Source of the DNA: Octopus sinensis
Lineage: Eukaryota
NCBI RefSeq assembly: GCF_006345805.1
Contig: NC_043005.1
Coordinates: 103,478,001-103,542,000 of the forward strand
DNA length: 64,000 nucleotides
Reading direction: 5' to 3'
Shown here: positions 28,356 through 42,083 of the stretch, piece by piece
Numbering within the stretch: position 1 is the first letter of the stretch
Layout of the letters: each line of letters begins with the position of its first letter
The notes under the pieces: generated by a model
Databases searched by the model: none
What the model was told of the DNA's origin: nothing
What the model saw: only the letters and a program-made list of their open reading frames with translations
Made by a program: the position numbers and the translations under genes

Positions 28356-28851
28356 AGTCACCTGACTTATCATCAACAAGCATCTTTAGTGGGATTCACA
28401 CAGTTGCAAGCCTTCGAACTTGCTCTCTGTTCAGATGACATCTTGATATTCTTGTTATCCGCTTTCCATTTCAGCAACCCATAATAAATTATTTCAATGT
28501 CCGTTTTTCCCACCAACTACAATGAAATGCCTGGCTAAAAGTCTCATAGCAGTGGTCTTGCATAAACCAGGGAAAATAGAGTCAAGTCTATTGAAAAGTT
28601 TGCAAGACGCAACGAATATTTTCGGAAAATAAAAATATGAAAAAAGTGGAAATTTTACCGGTGAGAGTGTTACATTATAAGGCACAAAAAGAAAATTACT
28701 CTCCCCAGACACAACAGAATATGCTTCAACACACGAAATCATATAAAGAATCTTGCAAACCAAATGCAAAAACGAAATATATTTTACCATTATCTGAAAG
28801 GTTGTCAATGTACTTTGAAGTTTTATTATCTTCATAACACTCAGAATAACA

Positions 28852-29441
28852 TAAAGTATACTAGCCATCTCAATATGGCTAACCACAAAGCGGGGGGGGG
28901 GGTTACTGTAGCTTTTAGCCCCAGGAGATCATCGTCTCCAGCTGGCTTTAGGCACACTATCTGTGCCCTTATGGTATTTGCAAAGGGAGGCCATCCCTTT
29001 CTCGTAAGCCTAAGTGATACGCACCGGACTGCAGTTTCGAGGTTGTTGCCTCTGTTTACATCTCTTCCTGAGATTTAATAATGCTTGCAGACAGTTTTTC
29101 GAAATCAGTGACGGAAGTTACTGGAAAAACACATATATTTGCATACAGGCTTTCCTTTTCATCGTGATCCGGTGATTACCGCCCGTTGATAAGAGGCAAC
29201 AACCTCGAAACTGCAGTCCGGTGCGTATCACTTAGGCTTACGAGAAAGGGATGGCCTCCCTTTGCAAATACCATAAGAGCACAGAAAGTTGCCTAAAGCC
29301 AGCTGGAGACGATGATCTCCTGGGGCTAAAAGCTACAGTAACACCACCACCCCCTTTGTGGTTAGCCGTATTGAGATGGCTAGTATACTTTACATTGTCG
29401 AGCGGTTACTGTCTACATCTTGTTCTGAGATTTAATAATGC
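28852..29441 (+). mobile_element. Penelope-like terminal structure: inverted ~200-bp arms plus a ~357-bp terminally redundant unit carrying a hammerhead motif
   Basis: Arms 28852-29053 and 29192-29392; 33-bp direct repeat at 29052-29084 and 29409-29441 (4 mismatches). Confidence 0.65.
29183..29221 (+). ncRNA. Decayed minimal type I hammerhead motif
   Basis: ccg-TTGATAA-GAGG-caacaa-CCTC-GAAA-CtgcaG-TC|cgg; palindrome ACTGCAGT; two substitutions in the CUGANGA core. Confidence 0.6.
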
Positions 29442-30814
29442 ACTCAAAATAACATTTCGCATATTTTAGACAAGAAGGAAAGAAATACCCATGAGCCGTT
29501 ATAAGACCTCCGACCCTACTGGAAAGGGGGAGATATTATAAAAGATAAGCGTGGCCCGAATGCTGACAACTAAATGGATTCTGCTGAAAGAGTTTAAGGT
29601 CCCAGGTAATGCTGTTAAACTGGATAATGGGTTAAATCTATCACTCATGTAGACCATTTCAAGGTTTTGAAGTCTGAACACAAAATACTCGAACAAATAC
29701 CACAAAAGTTTCCCGTCAGACATTCTAACTGTTCTGCTAATCCACCGCCTTGGATAGATTAATATCATTTTTTTTTTTTTTTGCAGGCCTTGAAAGAAAA
29801 AGCGCAAAATTGACCTCGACGAGATTTGAACGCAGATCATAGACAATCTGACAAAATACTTCGAAATAGTCTGTCCGTTGATCTCATGTCTCTGCAAGAT
29901 CGCCGCCTGGGAATAAAAGACTTGTTAGTTTGGCAGTGAGATTGACTGTATATAATTCCTTTACTGCCTGTTGTCCAGAGAATTTCGAAATATAAATGAT
30001 GAAAATTCTTTACTTCTACTCAATGAATGGAAACCGACCTACGGATGCAACAAGTTTCCTGCTGATACAACATTTTACGGTCTACACTTTCACACATTAG
30101 TGAGATTTAAAGTTACTTTAAGATTTTTTTCCCATTTACTGCTATTTCGTGCTCTTCATTATTACCTTTTTATATTTATATATATTTATATATTAATTCA
30201 AATAGAATATTTCGCTTTCAGTAATGTTTCATGCAATATTTCTGTGTGCGTGTAGGTGTTTTATTGCTGTTGATAATATTGTGATGTTGTCGTTCTTCAT
30301 GTCATTTTGATGTTGTTGTTACTGTTGTCGTAATGATTTTTGCATTGTTTTCCATAGAATTCTGTATATTGTTTCATCAGTCGTTCTCTAAATATGTCTG
30401 GAAATCTGCTTCAATTGCAACGCCTTCTCACATCTAATGTATTATGTATGTATTGTGTATGTATATACATGTGTGTGTATATATGTATTTACGTGTGTTT
30501 GTGTATGTATGTATATATGTATGTTCGTACGAACTTAGACATATAGAGCGATGGACAGACAGGTTGAGAGACAGATACGTAATTATGCATGAAATTTTGC
30601 GTATAGATATTACATACACAGAATTATTTTACATGTTTACAAGTATACACTTATTTCATTAATATAACATTATGTTCTCTGAGTGTGTGAATGTGTGCGT
30701 GTGTCTGTGTATATTTACACTTATACGAACACAGATTATGATGCACAGATTCTAAACATAGAAACCTAAAGCTGTATACTATATCTCTTATATATGTATA
30801 TATGTAAGTACGTA

Positions 30815-30844
30815 AGCATGTACGCGCATACATACATACATACA

Positions 30845-30878
<34 letters not shown>

Positions 30879-31056
30879 CATACATACATAAATACATAAA
30901 TACATACATATATACATACATACATATATACATACATACATACATAAATACATAAATACATACATAAATACATACATAAATACATACATACATACATACA
31001 TACATACATACATACATACATACACACACACATACATACATACACACATACATACA

Positions 31057-31090
<34 letters not shown>

Positions 31091-31567
31091 CATACATACA
31101 TAAATACATACATAAAAAATACATACATACATACATACATACATACATGCATACATACATACATAAATGCATACATACATACATAAATACATACATACAT
31201 ACATACATAAATGCATACATACATACATAAATACATACATATATACATACATACATACATACATGCATACATACATACATATATACATACATACATACAT
31301 ACATACATACATAAATACATACATACATACATGCATACATTCATACATACATACATACATACATACATAAATGCATACATACATACATACACACACACAT
31401 ACACATACATACATACATACATACTTACATACATACACACATACATACATACACACATACATACATACACACATACATACATACATACATACACACATAC
31501 ATACATACACACATACATACATACATACATACATACATACATACATACATACATACATACATACATA
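30815..31567. repeat. (TACA)n microsatellite with variant units
   Basis: Directly visible. Confidence 0.97.
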
Positions 31568-32155
31568 AATGTAAAATCTAAGTGGAACTCATTCAAACAT
31601 TTAACTATTTAGCTTTCCTGAGAACCTTCAAACGTAACATCAACAACATTCGTAGCAACTTTCACGTTGCTTTAATGGTGGATATATTTTTTTCATGTTG
31701 TCTCCCTTTCCCGTTCTACATTATTTTTGCCATTGAAAGCTCTCACAATTCAAAACTGTTTGTGTGTTTATCATTTTATCTATGTATTCATTGTTCCTTT
31801 AGTTTTATCCTTTTATTATTAACATTTTTGTTATTATTATTATCATTATTATTATTATTAATATTATTATTGTTATTAATATTATTATTGTTATTACTAT
31901 TATCATAATTGTAGTATTTTTTTTTCTTTAATCTCACATTACAGTTTTAGATAAGGACATTTTTGAAAGCTTAAATACTATTACCGAAATATCTATAAAA
32001 TATAAAAAAATAAATAAATCAGAAAATATAAAAACAATAGAAAAAGAAAACAAACTAAATCTTAATGTTTCCATTAAATTTCCTATCAACACATGATGAT
32101 ATATCAAATATATATATTTTGTGCGCGTGTACATATATACATACATGCATGCATG

Positions 32156-32197
<42 letters not shown>

Positions 32198-32711
32198 TGC
32201 GTATGTGCTACCGTAAACAGATACACACATACAAACACATAGATAAATACACACACACACACTCACGTACACATACACACACATATATAACTGAATACGA
32301 GCGAGAGAAAGGTGCATTGAGATGTGAGGAGAGAGTGGGTGGTACGAAAAATATAAGAAAGTGTGTGTGTGTATATATATATGCACATACATGCGTCTGT
32401 AATTGTGTGTCTTGTAGGTATATGTGTGTATATGCATTTATGTATGCTTGTGCCTTTGCGAGTTCATATATGGTTATACATGTTTATATGCGTGTGTGCC
32501 TGTGTATCTGTGTCTATGGTATGTATGTATGTGTAATGCGTGTGTACATAATCAATACTCTCTACTACATTAATATCAAGAAGGGAAGACGTTTTACAAT
32601 TTCATTTTAGCCATTTTTCTAAGGAAAAGTGGATTTATTTTTATTGAAAAAGCTTATTTCCTTATTTTAAAAACTTAATGGTTGTCTTTATTTTGTCTTA
32701 TTGTTTTGCCT

Positions 32712-32745
32712 TATCATTATCATCATCATCGTCGTCATCATCATC

Positions 32746-32781
<36 letters not shown>

Positions 32782-32827
32782 GTCATCGTTATCATCATCA
32801 TCATCGTCATCGTCGTCATCGTCATCG

Positions 32828-32862
<35 letters not shown>

Positions 32863-33000
32863 TTCCTCATCATCATCATCATTCATCATCATCATCATCA
32901 TCATCATTATCATCATCATCCTCATCATCATCATCATCTCATCATCATCATCATTATCATCATTATCATCATCATCATCATCTTCATCATCATCATCATC

Positions 33001-33038
<38 letters not shown>

Positions 33039-33062
33039 CATCATCTTCTTTGTCGTCACCAC
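32712..33062. repeat. (CAT/CGT)n trinucleotide repeat
   Basis: Directly visible. Confidence 0.95.
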
Positions 33063-33257
33063 CATCATTTTATTTTATTCTCCTCTTACTATTTTCTTTC
33101 TTCTATTCTTTTCATATTATTTTGCTTTCTTTTGTTTTGTTTTTTGTTGTTTATTTATTTATTTTTTAAAAACTTGTTTACATTCTTCTTTTGTTTAAAT
33201 CCTGTTTGTTTCTATGTTGTCAATTGTTAGTGGTTCTTGTTGCTATCATCGTTGATT

Positions 33258-33420
33258 CTCTTCTTCTTCTTCTTCTTCTTCTTCTTCTTCTTCTTCTTCT
33301 TCTCCTCCTTCTTCTTCTTCTTCTTCTTCTCCTTCTTCTTCTTCTTCTCTTCTTCTTCTCTTCTTCTTCTTCTTCTTCTTCTTCTTCTTTTTTTTTTTCC
33401 TTCTTCTTCTTCTTCTTCCA
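33258..33420. repeat. (TCT)n repeat
   Basis: Directly visible. Confidence 0.95.
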
Positions 33421-34020
33421 CTTCTCTTCCACTTTCTCTTAGCTCTATCTGCTCCACTTAAAAAAATAACACAAATATTAGAATATTTGATGAGATAAGT
33501 AATGTTGAAATGTGTACACCATAATGTCAACGTTACTTATGTCACTTCCTCTTCTCCCCTTCTTTCACCCACATTTTGTTTTGTTTTACTCCAAAACTAT
33601 TTCGGTTAATGGCCTTATTTACTTTGATGCCGCGTGAAAGTCTCTTCATTTACGTTGTAAATTATTTACAAGAACTTTATACATTTCGGTTCACTTCTCT
33701 TTAAATTCTTCCCTATTACAACTTGCTTGCGTTGCCAAATTCCCTTTATTCAAATAACCTTCGTTATTGGTTGCTAACTCTATTTTATTGAAAACGATTT
33801 TACGAATTGATTTACCATCTCAACAAACTCGCTAAAATATAGCAAAAAGCTGCGACAAACGAATTTGATATGCGCTATTTCATTGATATTATCACAGATA
33901 AGTTTAATGCAAAGATACAAACTATATTTTTTAACGTCCAATGAGGTACGAAATATGAAGGATAAGTGATTCTTACACGACAGGCGTGTATGCCATAGCC
34001 AGATATTAGTAAGATTGCAT

Positions 34021-34289
34021 CTCTTTTACTTGTTTCAGTCATTTGACTGTGGCCATGCTGGAGTACCGCCTTTTAGTCGAGCAAATCGACCCCAGAACTT
34101 ATTCGTTGTAAGCCTAGTACTTATTATATCGGTCTCTTTTGCCGAACCGCTTAGTTACGGGGACGTAAACACACCAGCATCAGTTGTCAAGCGATATTGG
34201 TGTGACAAACACAGACACACAAACGTATTCACACATACATATACATATATATATATACATAATGTATGCATATATATATATAATGTATG

Positions 34290-34321
<32 letters not shown>

Positions 34322-34332
34322 ATGTATGTATG

Positions 34333-34371
<39 letters not shown>

Positions 34372-34543
34372 TATATATGCGACGAGCTTCTTTCAGTTTC
34401 CGTCCACCAAATCCACTCACAAGGCTTTGGTCGGCCCGAGACTATAGTAGAAGACACTTGCCCAAGGTGCCACGCAGTGGGACTGAACCCGGAACCATGT
34501 GGTTGGTAAGCAAGCTACTTACCACACAGCCACTCCTACGCCT
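34021..34543 (-). mobile_element. SINE family B, full length, with expanded internal (TA)n
   Basis: Matches the other family B copies end to end. Confidence 0.92.
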
Positions 34544-34988
34544 TATCTACGCTTTCTAAAGTAGGTGTGGCTAAAATTCAAGGACGAGTAACATCATGGT
34601 ACATGGAGATTACTCTACCCTTTTCACACCAACTTGCTCAAGACTACCATAGGATTTACGATACGAACTTTCTTTTTAAAGTAGTCTTTCATCAAAATTT
34701 CCTGTTCCTTTATGTTCCAGATACCAACTTAATAAATTAACTGCAGTCTTTCTTTTTTTCAAAATTAACTGTGACAAAGGCAGTGTTTTTAACAGACATA
34801 TGGTGACAAAAGGGTTGAAACGACGTTCTTCATTCGATGTAGCGCAATGCACTGGTGAAATGCGTAGTTTTTAAATTTATAATCCAATTCCTTAGAAAGT
34901 ATCTACGAAAGCTTGTACGTTATTCACAAATGTATATATATATACATAATGTATGCGTACATCTATAATGTATGTATGTATATATATA

Positions 34989-36268
34989 TAGATATATTCA
35001 AAAAGTATTCGACTTTATTTTTTTCCCACCAAAACTAATGCCACGCAGATAAAATCATTTGGTGGGTAGATGACGCCATCCTTCCTGGGCATGTATGAAA
35101 TTTTCGCGCCGGTATTGCGCGTCAGTTCCCTAGAATACAAACGTGTAGCGAGCGCTCGTCGGGTTTTCATTTACACTGAACGCGTCGAGTAGAGACATTG
35201 CATCAAGTTTTGACAAAAGCTTTCTGATACTCAAGCTCAAACCACCCAGAAGATTCGGTAGGCCATAAGCGATTATGCCATTGACAAAACTCAGATCAAA
35301 GAGTGGTACACCGACTTCAAATATGGTCGCACCTCAGAGGAAGTTGAGGCATGCTCAGGCAGGCCATCTACAAACTAAAACGAGAAACCGATTGAGAAAG
35401 TACGTTGAATATCCGTGGGAGAACGTCGTTTTACAATCCAAGAAATTACGCACGAAGTAGGAAGAAGCCCAAGATCAGTGCATTATATTGGGTCATCCCA
35501 TTAATAATGCGGGTTTTTTTTATACCTCTCTTATTTTCCAAAATTATGATAAACAAAGTTCTTTTTTTTATCTAAAATATACTCTCCTTTATTTTCTACA
35601 ATGATCTTCCATCTATCTGCTAGACTTGCAAGGCCCCTCTTCCAAAATTCATATCCGTGACGAAAAATGCTCCTCCAGTATGGTTCTGACCTCGTCTACA
35701 GAATTCGTATTTTTTCCGTCCAAGACAATGCTGGTCTTCTAGGCTGTAGCTTCCGGCTCAGAATTTCTGGAACCACTGTTGACATTGGCTTACGCCTTTT
35801 GTCCGATCCCCATATATTGTATTGATATTCCTCGCATTTTCCGTTGCGTTGTTGCCTTTATTGAACTCATAAAGCAAAATATGCCGAATATGCTCCTTTG
35901 TCACTTCCATTATAGCTTTGAAAAAATAACTGTTAAAATCGAACTGCACTCTACAAAACTTGCACTAAGAATAAGGACAAGGTAAAATTACTGCCTGCTT
36001 TTGTAGCAAGTTGGTGCAGGTAGTTTATCTCGTCCTCCACCACTTTTTAGTTTATGCAATTGAAAACAAAACACGCTAATGAGATGAACCACTATTTTAA
36101 CGGAGGATTTGTGCATGCAAAGAATGTCTCCGAAATTTGATCCCAAGGTACTGGTGGAATAGCAGAAGCAACTCCGCATGGAAATCGCTCATATATGCTG
36201 GACTGTGCATATCACGATCCAGACTTCATGAAGACCATCATCACTGGGGATAAGACATGTGTTTATGG
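34989..36268 (+). mobile_element. Mariner transposon relic A (5' half), interrupted by mariner B
   Basis: Peptides RHCIKF, KTQIKEWYTDFKYGRTS, SGRPST, RRFTIQEI, SVH/YILTEDL, KFDPK and DPDFMKTIITGDKTCVYG (first catalytic D motif); multiple stops. Confidence 0.85.
35488..36092 (-). mobile_element. Internally deleted mariner B (Mos1-like N-terminus joined to C-terminus)
   Basis: ATG at 35910: MEVTKEHIRHILLYEFNKGNNATE...QQWFQKF; C-terminal DRWKIIVENKGEYILD; TIR ttgggtcatccca and a degenerate partner; TA duplicated at 35486-87 and 36093-94. Confidence 0.85.
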
Positions 36269-36540
36269 TCTCTGCAGAACCGTTAAGATACGGGGACGTG
36301 AATACACCTACATCGGTTTTAAACGATGGTGGGGGAAATAAACACAAACACATAAATTTATACATACACACATATATATATATACGACAGGGTTCTTTCA
36401 GTTTCCGTCTACCAAATCCACTCACAAGGTTTTGGTCGGCCTGAGGCTATAGTAGAAGATACTTGTCCAGGTTACCACGCCATGGGACTGAAACCGGGAC
36501 CAAATGGTTGGGAAGCAAGCTTCTTACCACACAGCCACGC
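36269..36540 (-). mobile_element. SINE family B, tail truncated
   Basis: Family B head and body. Confidence 0.85.
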
Positions 36541-36978
36541 CTTCGTATATATGTATATATATATATTTGCATCGCACAGGCCTGTACACATATATACATA
36601 GATATATGTATCTAACAAGATGATGTGGTCCATACTATTCTTTTTGTAGATATTTATTTTCAACAGTCGAACAAATACGTCAACCAATCAGGTGAACTTG
36701 TCTCAATTCGAATGAAGCATAAATCTATCGAACGTGAAAGCTGAAAAGATAATTAGAAATGTTTATGTAGGCAATACTAAATATTCATAGTTGAAGGATG
36801 ACAACACAACAAAAGGCATTGCATTCGTGAGGAAGTATTTTGACAATTCCATCTGTTGAAATCCACCGAAGTTCACAAGACGAGTTTTCTGAATTCGAAT
36901 AAAGTTTAAACTTATCAATTACAGAATTCAGAAAGAAATCTAAATGCCACTATATTTTTCATGTACACACACACACAC

Positions 36979-37017
<39 letters not shown>

Positions 37018-37458
37018 ACACACACACATACACATTCACACACACACACACACATTCTCACACACATATACGCAAATACGTATTTATGAATACACTTAGA
37101 CACATAAACATTTACTCATATATATATATATATATAATAAATATTATCAGGGTAATAAAAATTATAGAAATTTTTTATTACCAGTGGCCTAACGTACAAA
37201 AAATATTCATATAAAATAGAGTGTACATTAAAACACATTAAGAGGCTTCCATCATAGGAATCCATTACGTTAGAAAGAACAGTTAAAGTCCAAACCACTA
37301 ATTGGGGATATAATCTCGAAGGGAATGAAAATAAAACATTTACCATCTATATATATATGTATATATACATATATATATTATATATATATATATATATAAT
37401 ATATGCTATACATACATATATATATATATACATACATATATATATATATATATGTATA

Positions 37459-37490
<32 letters not shown>

Positions 37491-37503
37491 GATATATATA
37501 TAC

Positions 37504-37553
<50 letters not shown>

Positions 37554-37744
37554 CCAAAATAGAAAATGAGAAGAAGAAAACATACATTAATCAATCAAAC
37601 ATCAACCATCAGATGATACCCAATCAATACACTTTATTACACCATTACATAACATTAAAGGATTATACAAAAATATATTGTAAATATAATTAGACAAGGA
37701 AATAGAAATATAAAATATAAAATATAATATATAATTATATCATA

Positions 37745-37855
37745 TCTGACAGCTGTTTCGGCCGTAAGGGCAAGTATGCCTTATTTAACCTATAAGCCAT
37801 ATAAGGCAGGTATAAATGAGACATTAACAAGGATGTCCCACGGCCTCTTCAGAGA
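37745..37855 (-). ncRNA. Minimal type I hammerhead ribozyme, intact catalytic core
   Basis: tct-CTGAAGA-GGCCGTGGG..CTTACGGCC-GAAA-CagctG-TC|aga; 9-bp stem II with G10.1-C11.1, perfect palindrome ACAGCTGT, GUC triplet, 3-bp stem I. Confidence 0.8.
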
Positions 37856-37964
37856 ATTTAATTTATTATAAGTGTGATATACATACATACATATATACAT
37901 ACATACATCGAAACATACATACATACATACATACATGCATACATACATGCATACATACATATAT

Positions 37965-38222
37965 GCATGGTTTATTTGTAGGTTCGGTTCATTCTCAGAT
38001 CGACCCTTGCGTTGTGTCCTTGAGAAAAACATTTCATTTCACGTCGCTCTGTGATCGTTTCGTCATCTGACATGTGGGACGTCGCGCACCTGTACAGGTA
38101 ATGTGGATTTGATGGAGGGAGTGAGCTTATGCGAACACAAACCTTTGATCCCTATAAATATATCATGTGTGGTTGTTCAGCACAAATTGCAGAACCCTCA
38201 TGCGTCGTGACGGGAAACTTTA
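37965..38222 (+). mobile_element. Diverged SINE fragment with CORE-like segment
   Basis: gcgttgtgtccttgagaaaaacatttcatttcacgtcgctc resembles the CORE-SINE central domain. Confidence 0.45.
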
Positions 38223-38268
38223 AGATATATACATATACATACATATGTGTATGTATCTATCTATCTAT

Positions 38269-38308
<40 letters not shown>

Positions 38309-38336
38309 ACTCTCTCTTTCTTTCTCTCTCTCTCTC

Positions 38337-38378
<42 letters not shown>

Positions 38379-38538
38379 TGTATGCGTGTATATGTATATA
38401 TGTATGCATGCATGTATGTATTTATACATATATATATATATGTATATATATGTATATATGTACATGTATATATGTGTGTATTTATATGTGTGTATGTATA
38501 TATAAATAATGTACGTATATTCATATGCATGCATATGC

Positions 38539-38588
<50 letters not shown>

Positions 38589-38826
38589 TACCTTGGGTAT
38601 GGTCGATGAGTTCAGCGAAAATTTAGATTCAGATTAATATGGTACCTAAGTTGGGGCACCAGAATTTAGTACGGTATTATCCATATAATTTCAAAGTAAG
38701 GTGGTTAAAATCAAAAGTAAGTTCTCAACTGGAGTTGGGACAGCATGTTCTTTGTCTAGAGATTTTAGGTATAATTATACTAATATGTCCATCTGTTCTA
38801 ATTTAAATTAAATTCTATGTCTTTGT

Positions 38827-38911
38827 GGAGCTGAAGATTGCTCTGCATTTTAAATTGATGTAATGATTGCAGTGTTCAATTAAATGGAGTTGCATGAAAC
38901 GATCGTACTGC
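38827..38911 (+). ncRNA. Minimal type I hammerhead ribozyme motif
   Basis: ggag-CTGAAGA-ttgc..long imperfect stem..gcat-GAAA-CgatcG-TA|ctgc; perfect palindrome ACGATCGT; U-U at the base of stem II; one mismatch in stem I. Confidence 0.7.
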
Positions 38912-38941
38912 ATTACCTCTGGATATCTTCTATGTATATAT

Positions 38942-38985
<44 letters not shown>

Positions 38986-39399
38986 TATATGTATGTATGT
39001 ATGTATGTAGTATGTATGTATGTATGTTATGTATGTATGTTTGTATGTGTAAGAGTGTATGCATGTATCTTTGCATGTATGGAGAGAGAGAGAGATTAAA
39101 ATAGAAATAGTGAGTGGTGTCTTGTGTTTTAGACATTATTTCATCACTTAGAATAAATCTGAGGACCGATGTGTTTTAATAAGAAAGAACTGAGTCCAGC
39201 AAAATGTATTTTGTTTTATCCCAAGACGCATCAGTGACTTATTTATTGCTAACAAGGAACTGTTACTTATATAGAGAAAGTTAGAATTAGGCTGAAAGAT
39301 AGAAGCATAAATATAGACGAACAGTTAATAGAAAGGTTTTATGTGGGAGAGATAACGGTGTTTATGGGGTAGCGATGGCTGTGATAATGAATGAGGAAG

Positions 39400-39700
39400 A
39401 TTATGATGACACAGTGTTGTTGATGGAGCTTCCAGTGGAGGTGATGGTTGTGGTGATGGTGGTGATGGTGGTGTTGCTGATGGTGGTGGTGGTGGTGGTG
39501 GTGATGGTGATGGTGGTCGTACATTTGTCATTAGTTGGTGGTGGTGGTTGTGGTGGTGGTGGTGGTGGTACATTTGTCATTAGTGGGTGGCAGTGCTGCT
39601 GTTGCCACTTATTGCTGCTGTTGTTCTTGTCATCGTCGGTGGTGGTGGTGGTCGTCGTCGTCGTCGTGTGGTGGTTGTGGTGGTCGTGGTGGTTGGGATT
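39400..39700. repeat. (GGT/GAT)n low-complexity tract
   Basis: Directly visible. Confidence 0.85.
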
Positions 39701-40384
39701 AGGCTTAGACTGATTACTACAATGAAGACAAAGACGATAGTTCTAAGGTGACGGGGACGGTTTTGATGGCGAAGTAGGTGGAAGCAGGTGTGTTGGAGAT
39801 GGTAATGGAGACGATGAATATGGCGATGATGACAAACAGGATCATGATATTAACAATGATTTGGTGATAGCGATGACGTTGATTGATTAGAGTACGGTGA
39901 TGAGCTGGGAAGATGATTATGAAGACGATGGGAAAGAGGATGTTCAGGATGCTAATGTCCAGAGTGATGCTGATTGTAAAATGTGCATATCAGCATATGG
40001 TGATATGCACGCATTACCCGTTAACACCACCTCTTTGTGGAAGTTAGACATTTACTAATGAAATGCTAATAAAAACCGAAAGTAGGCCCCCACCCAGCAG
40101 AGCCATCTTTACCTCACAGTGATGAGAATATAGAAAAGAAAATGACAGTGGATTACGTCTATTCCCGCGCAATTGATAATTATTTACATACACACACACA
40201 CCACACACACACACACACTCACTTTTTCTCACGCACACACACTTGCGCGCACGCACGCACACACACACACACATCGCTGGCTGAATACCGATTTAATCTG
40301 TTATTATAAAAATAAAAATTAACCCAGCAAATACATATAATGATGGCATATATATTTATCTGTGTGTGTGTATATGCATATATA

Positions 40385-40646
<262 letters not shown>

Positions 40647-41213
40647 CTTATATATATCTTGTCTCTGATCGATTGTTTTTCTTGCTAAGTTCTCTTTGTT
40701 TTTTTCTCTGCTTTAACTTTTTTCAAACTTAGTCTTACCTATCACTTTTAGCCTCGTGTATTATATATACATATATAATATATATATATATATATATATT
40801 AATATATATATATATATATATATTCGTTTTTGCAATATTAATATGTATATGTATAACTCTCTATGGTTTTTTTCTACTAGTGCAACTGTTACGTTATATT
40901 CTACTATACACCCGTGACCCTGTTTACATTATACTTCGTCTCGACCTGTTACCATTTTTTTCAACATTTCCGTTACATTTTTATTCTTATTTTTATGGTA
41001 TAGCTTGCTGCAAATATAGACGTGCATACGCTTTGATATGTTTACCTTTCTTTCTCTTTCGTCTCTCTCACTATTATTACTACTGTTATTTTTTCCCTTT
41101 TACAACTTGCTTGTAAATATCCGATTTTTATCCCATTTGTATCTCTTAATCTATCTTGTTTAAAATTACTTTATTTCATTAAAACTTTTTTGTTGTCCTT
41201 CCAAAATTTCCTC

Positions 41214-41309
41214 ACACTGATGAGAATGACATGCATAAATTTAATTATAATTACTATGATTATAATTTTTTCTTACATATTTGCATTGTCCTTTGAAACG
41301 CGCGTATGT
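41214..41309 (+). ncRNA. Minimal type I hammerhead ribozyme, intact core
   Basis: aca-CTGATGA-gaatgacatgca..tgcattgtccttt-GAAA-CgcgcG-TA|tgt; perfect palindrome ACGCGCGT; long AT-rich stem II. Confidence 0.75.
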
Positions 41310-41464
41310 ATTGAATCCAATCTTGAATTAAATCTAATTTTGATTCAACATCTTTTTCTCCTCCATTTTTCTATAATTGTTTATGGTATATTTATACTTA
41401 TAACTACATTTTTCAACATATATGTACGTATATATAAATGTATCTATCTATCTATATATATATA

Positions 41465-41528
<64 letters not shown>

Positions 41529-41977
41529 TATATATATAAGATAGATAGATAGATGATATATATATATATATATTAATTAACATATATGGATTCGGTATAA
41601 ATCTTATTAAAATATGTTTCGATACCATATCTGTGTATAGGTACATCGATAAAGATATGCCCCTAGATCATGATAGATAAAAGAAGTGCTACTGCGATAC
41701 AATAGGTACATAATAGATAGATAGATAGATAAGTTTCTTTATTAGCACACAGGATTAACACAGAGGGACAATTACGGTAGATTTTATTTGGTATGAAAAA
41801 AAGGGGGTGAACGTAGGTTTTCGATCAAGAGCGATCGTAAAGGGAAGAAAAGTAAAAGAAACAAAGAAAAAAAAAAAAAGAAAAACTGAAAAAAATAAGA
41901 TAGATAGTAGATGATAGATAGATCCAAGATAGATAGTAGATCCACGAGATGATAGATAGATAGACAGATAGACATGA

Positions 41978-42083
<106 letters not shown>

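Noticed and set aside
29570-29680. VKLDNG..HVDHFK resembling a gypsy integrase C-terminus
   Set aside because: Needs a frameshift, is very short, and has no other LTR-element features
39390-39745. Long minus-strand open frame (H/T/P-rich) after an AG
   Set aside because: Almost entirely trinucleotide low complexity; openness is expected by chance
41600-41675. Minus-strand catatct/agatatg stem followed by GAAACATAT
   Set aside because: No CUGANGA core and no NUH; at best a dead hammerhead
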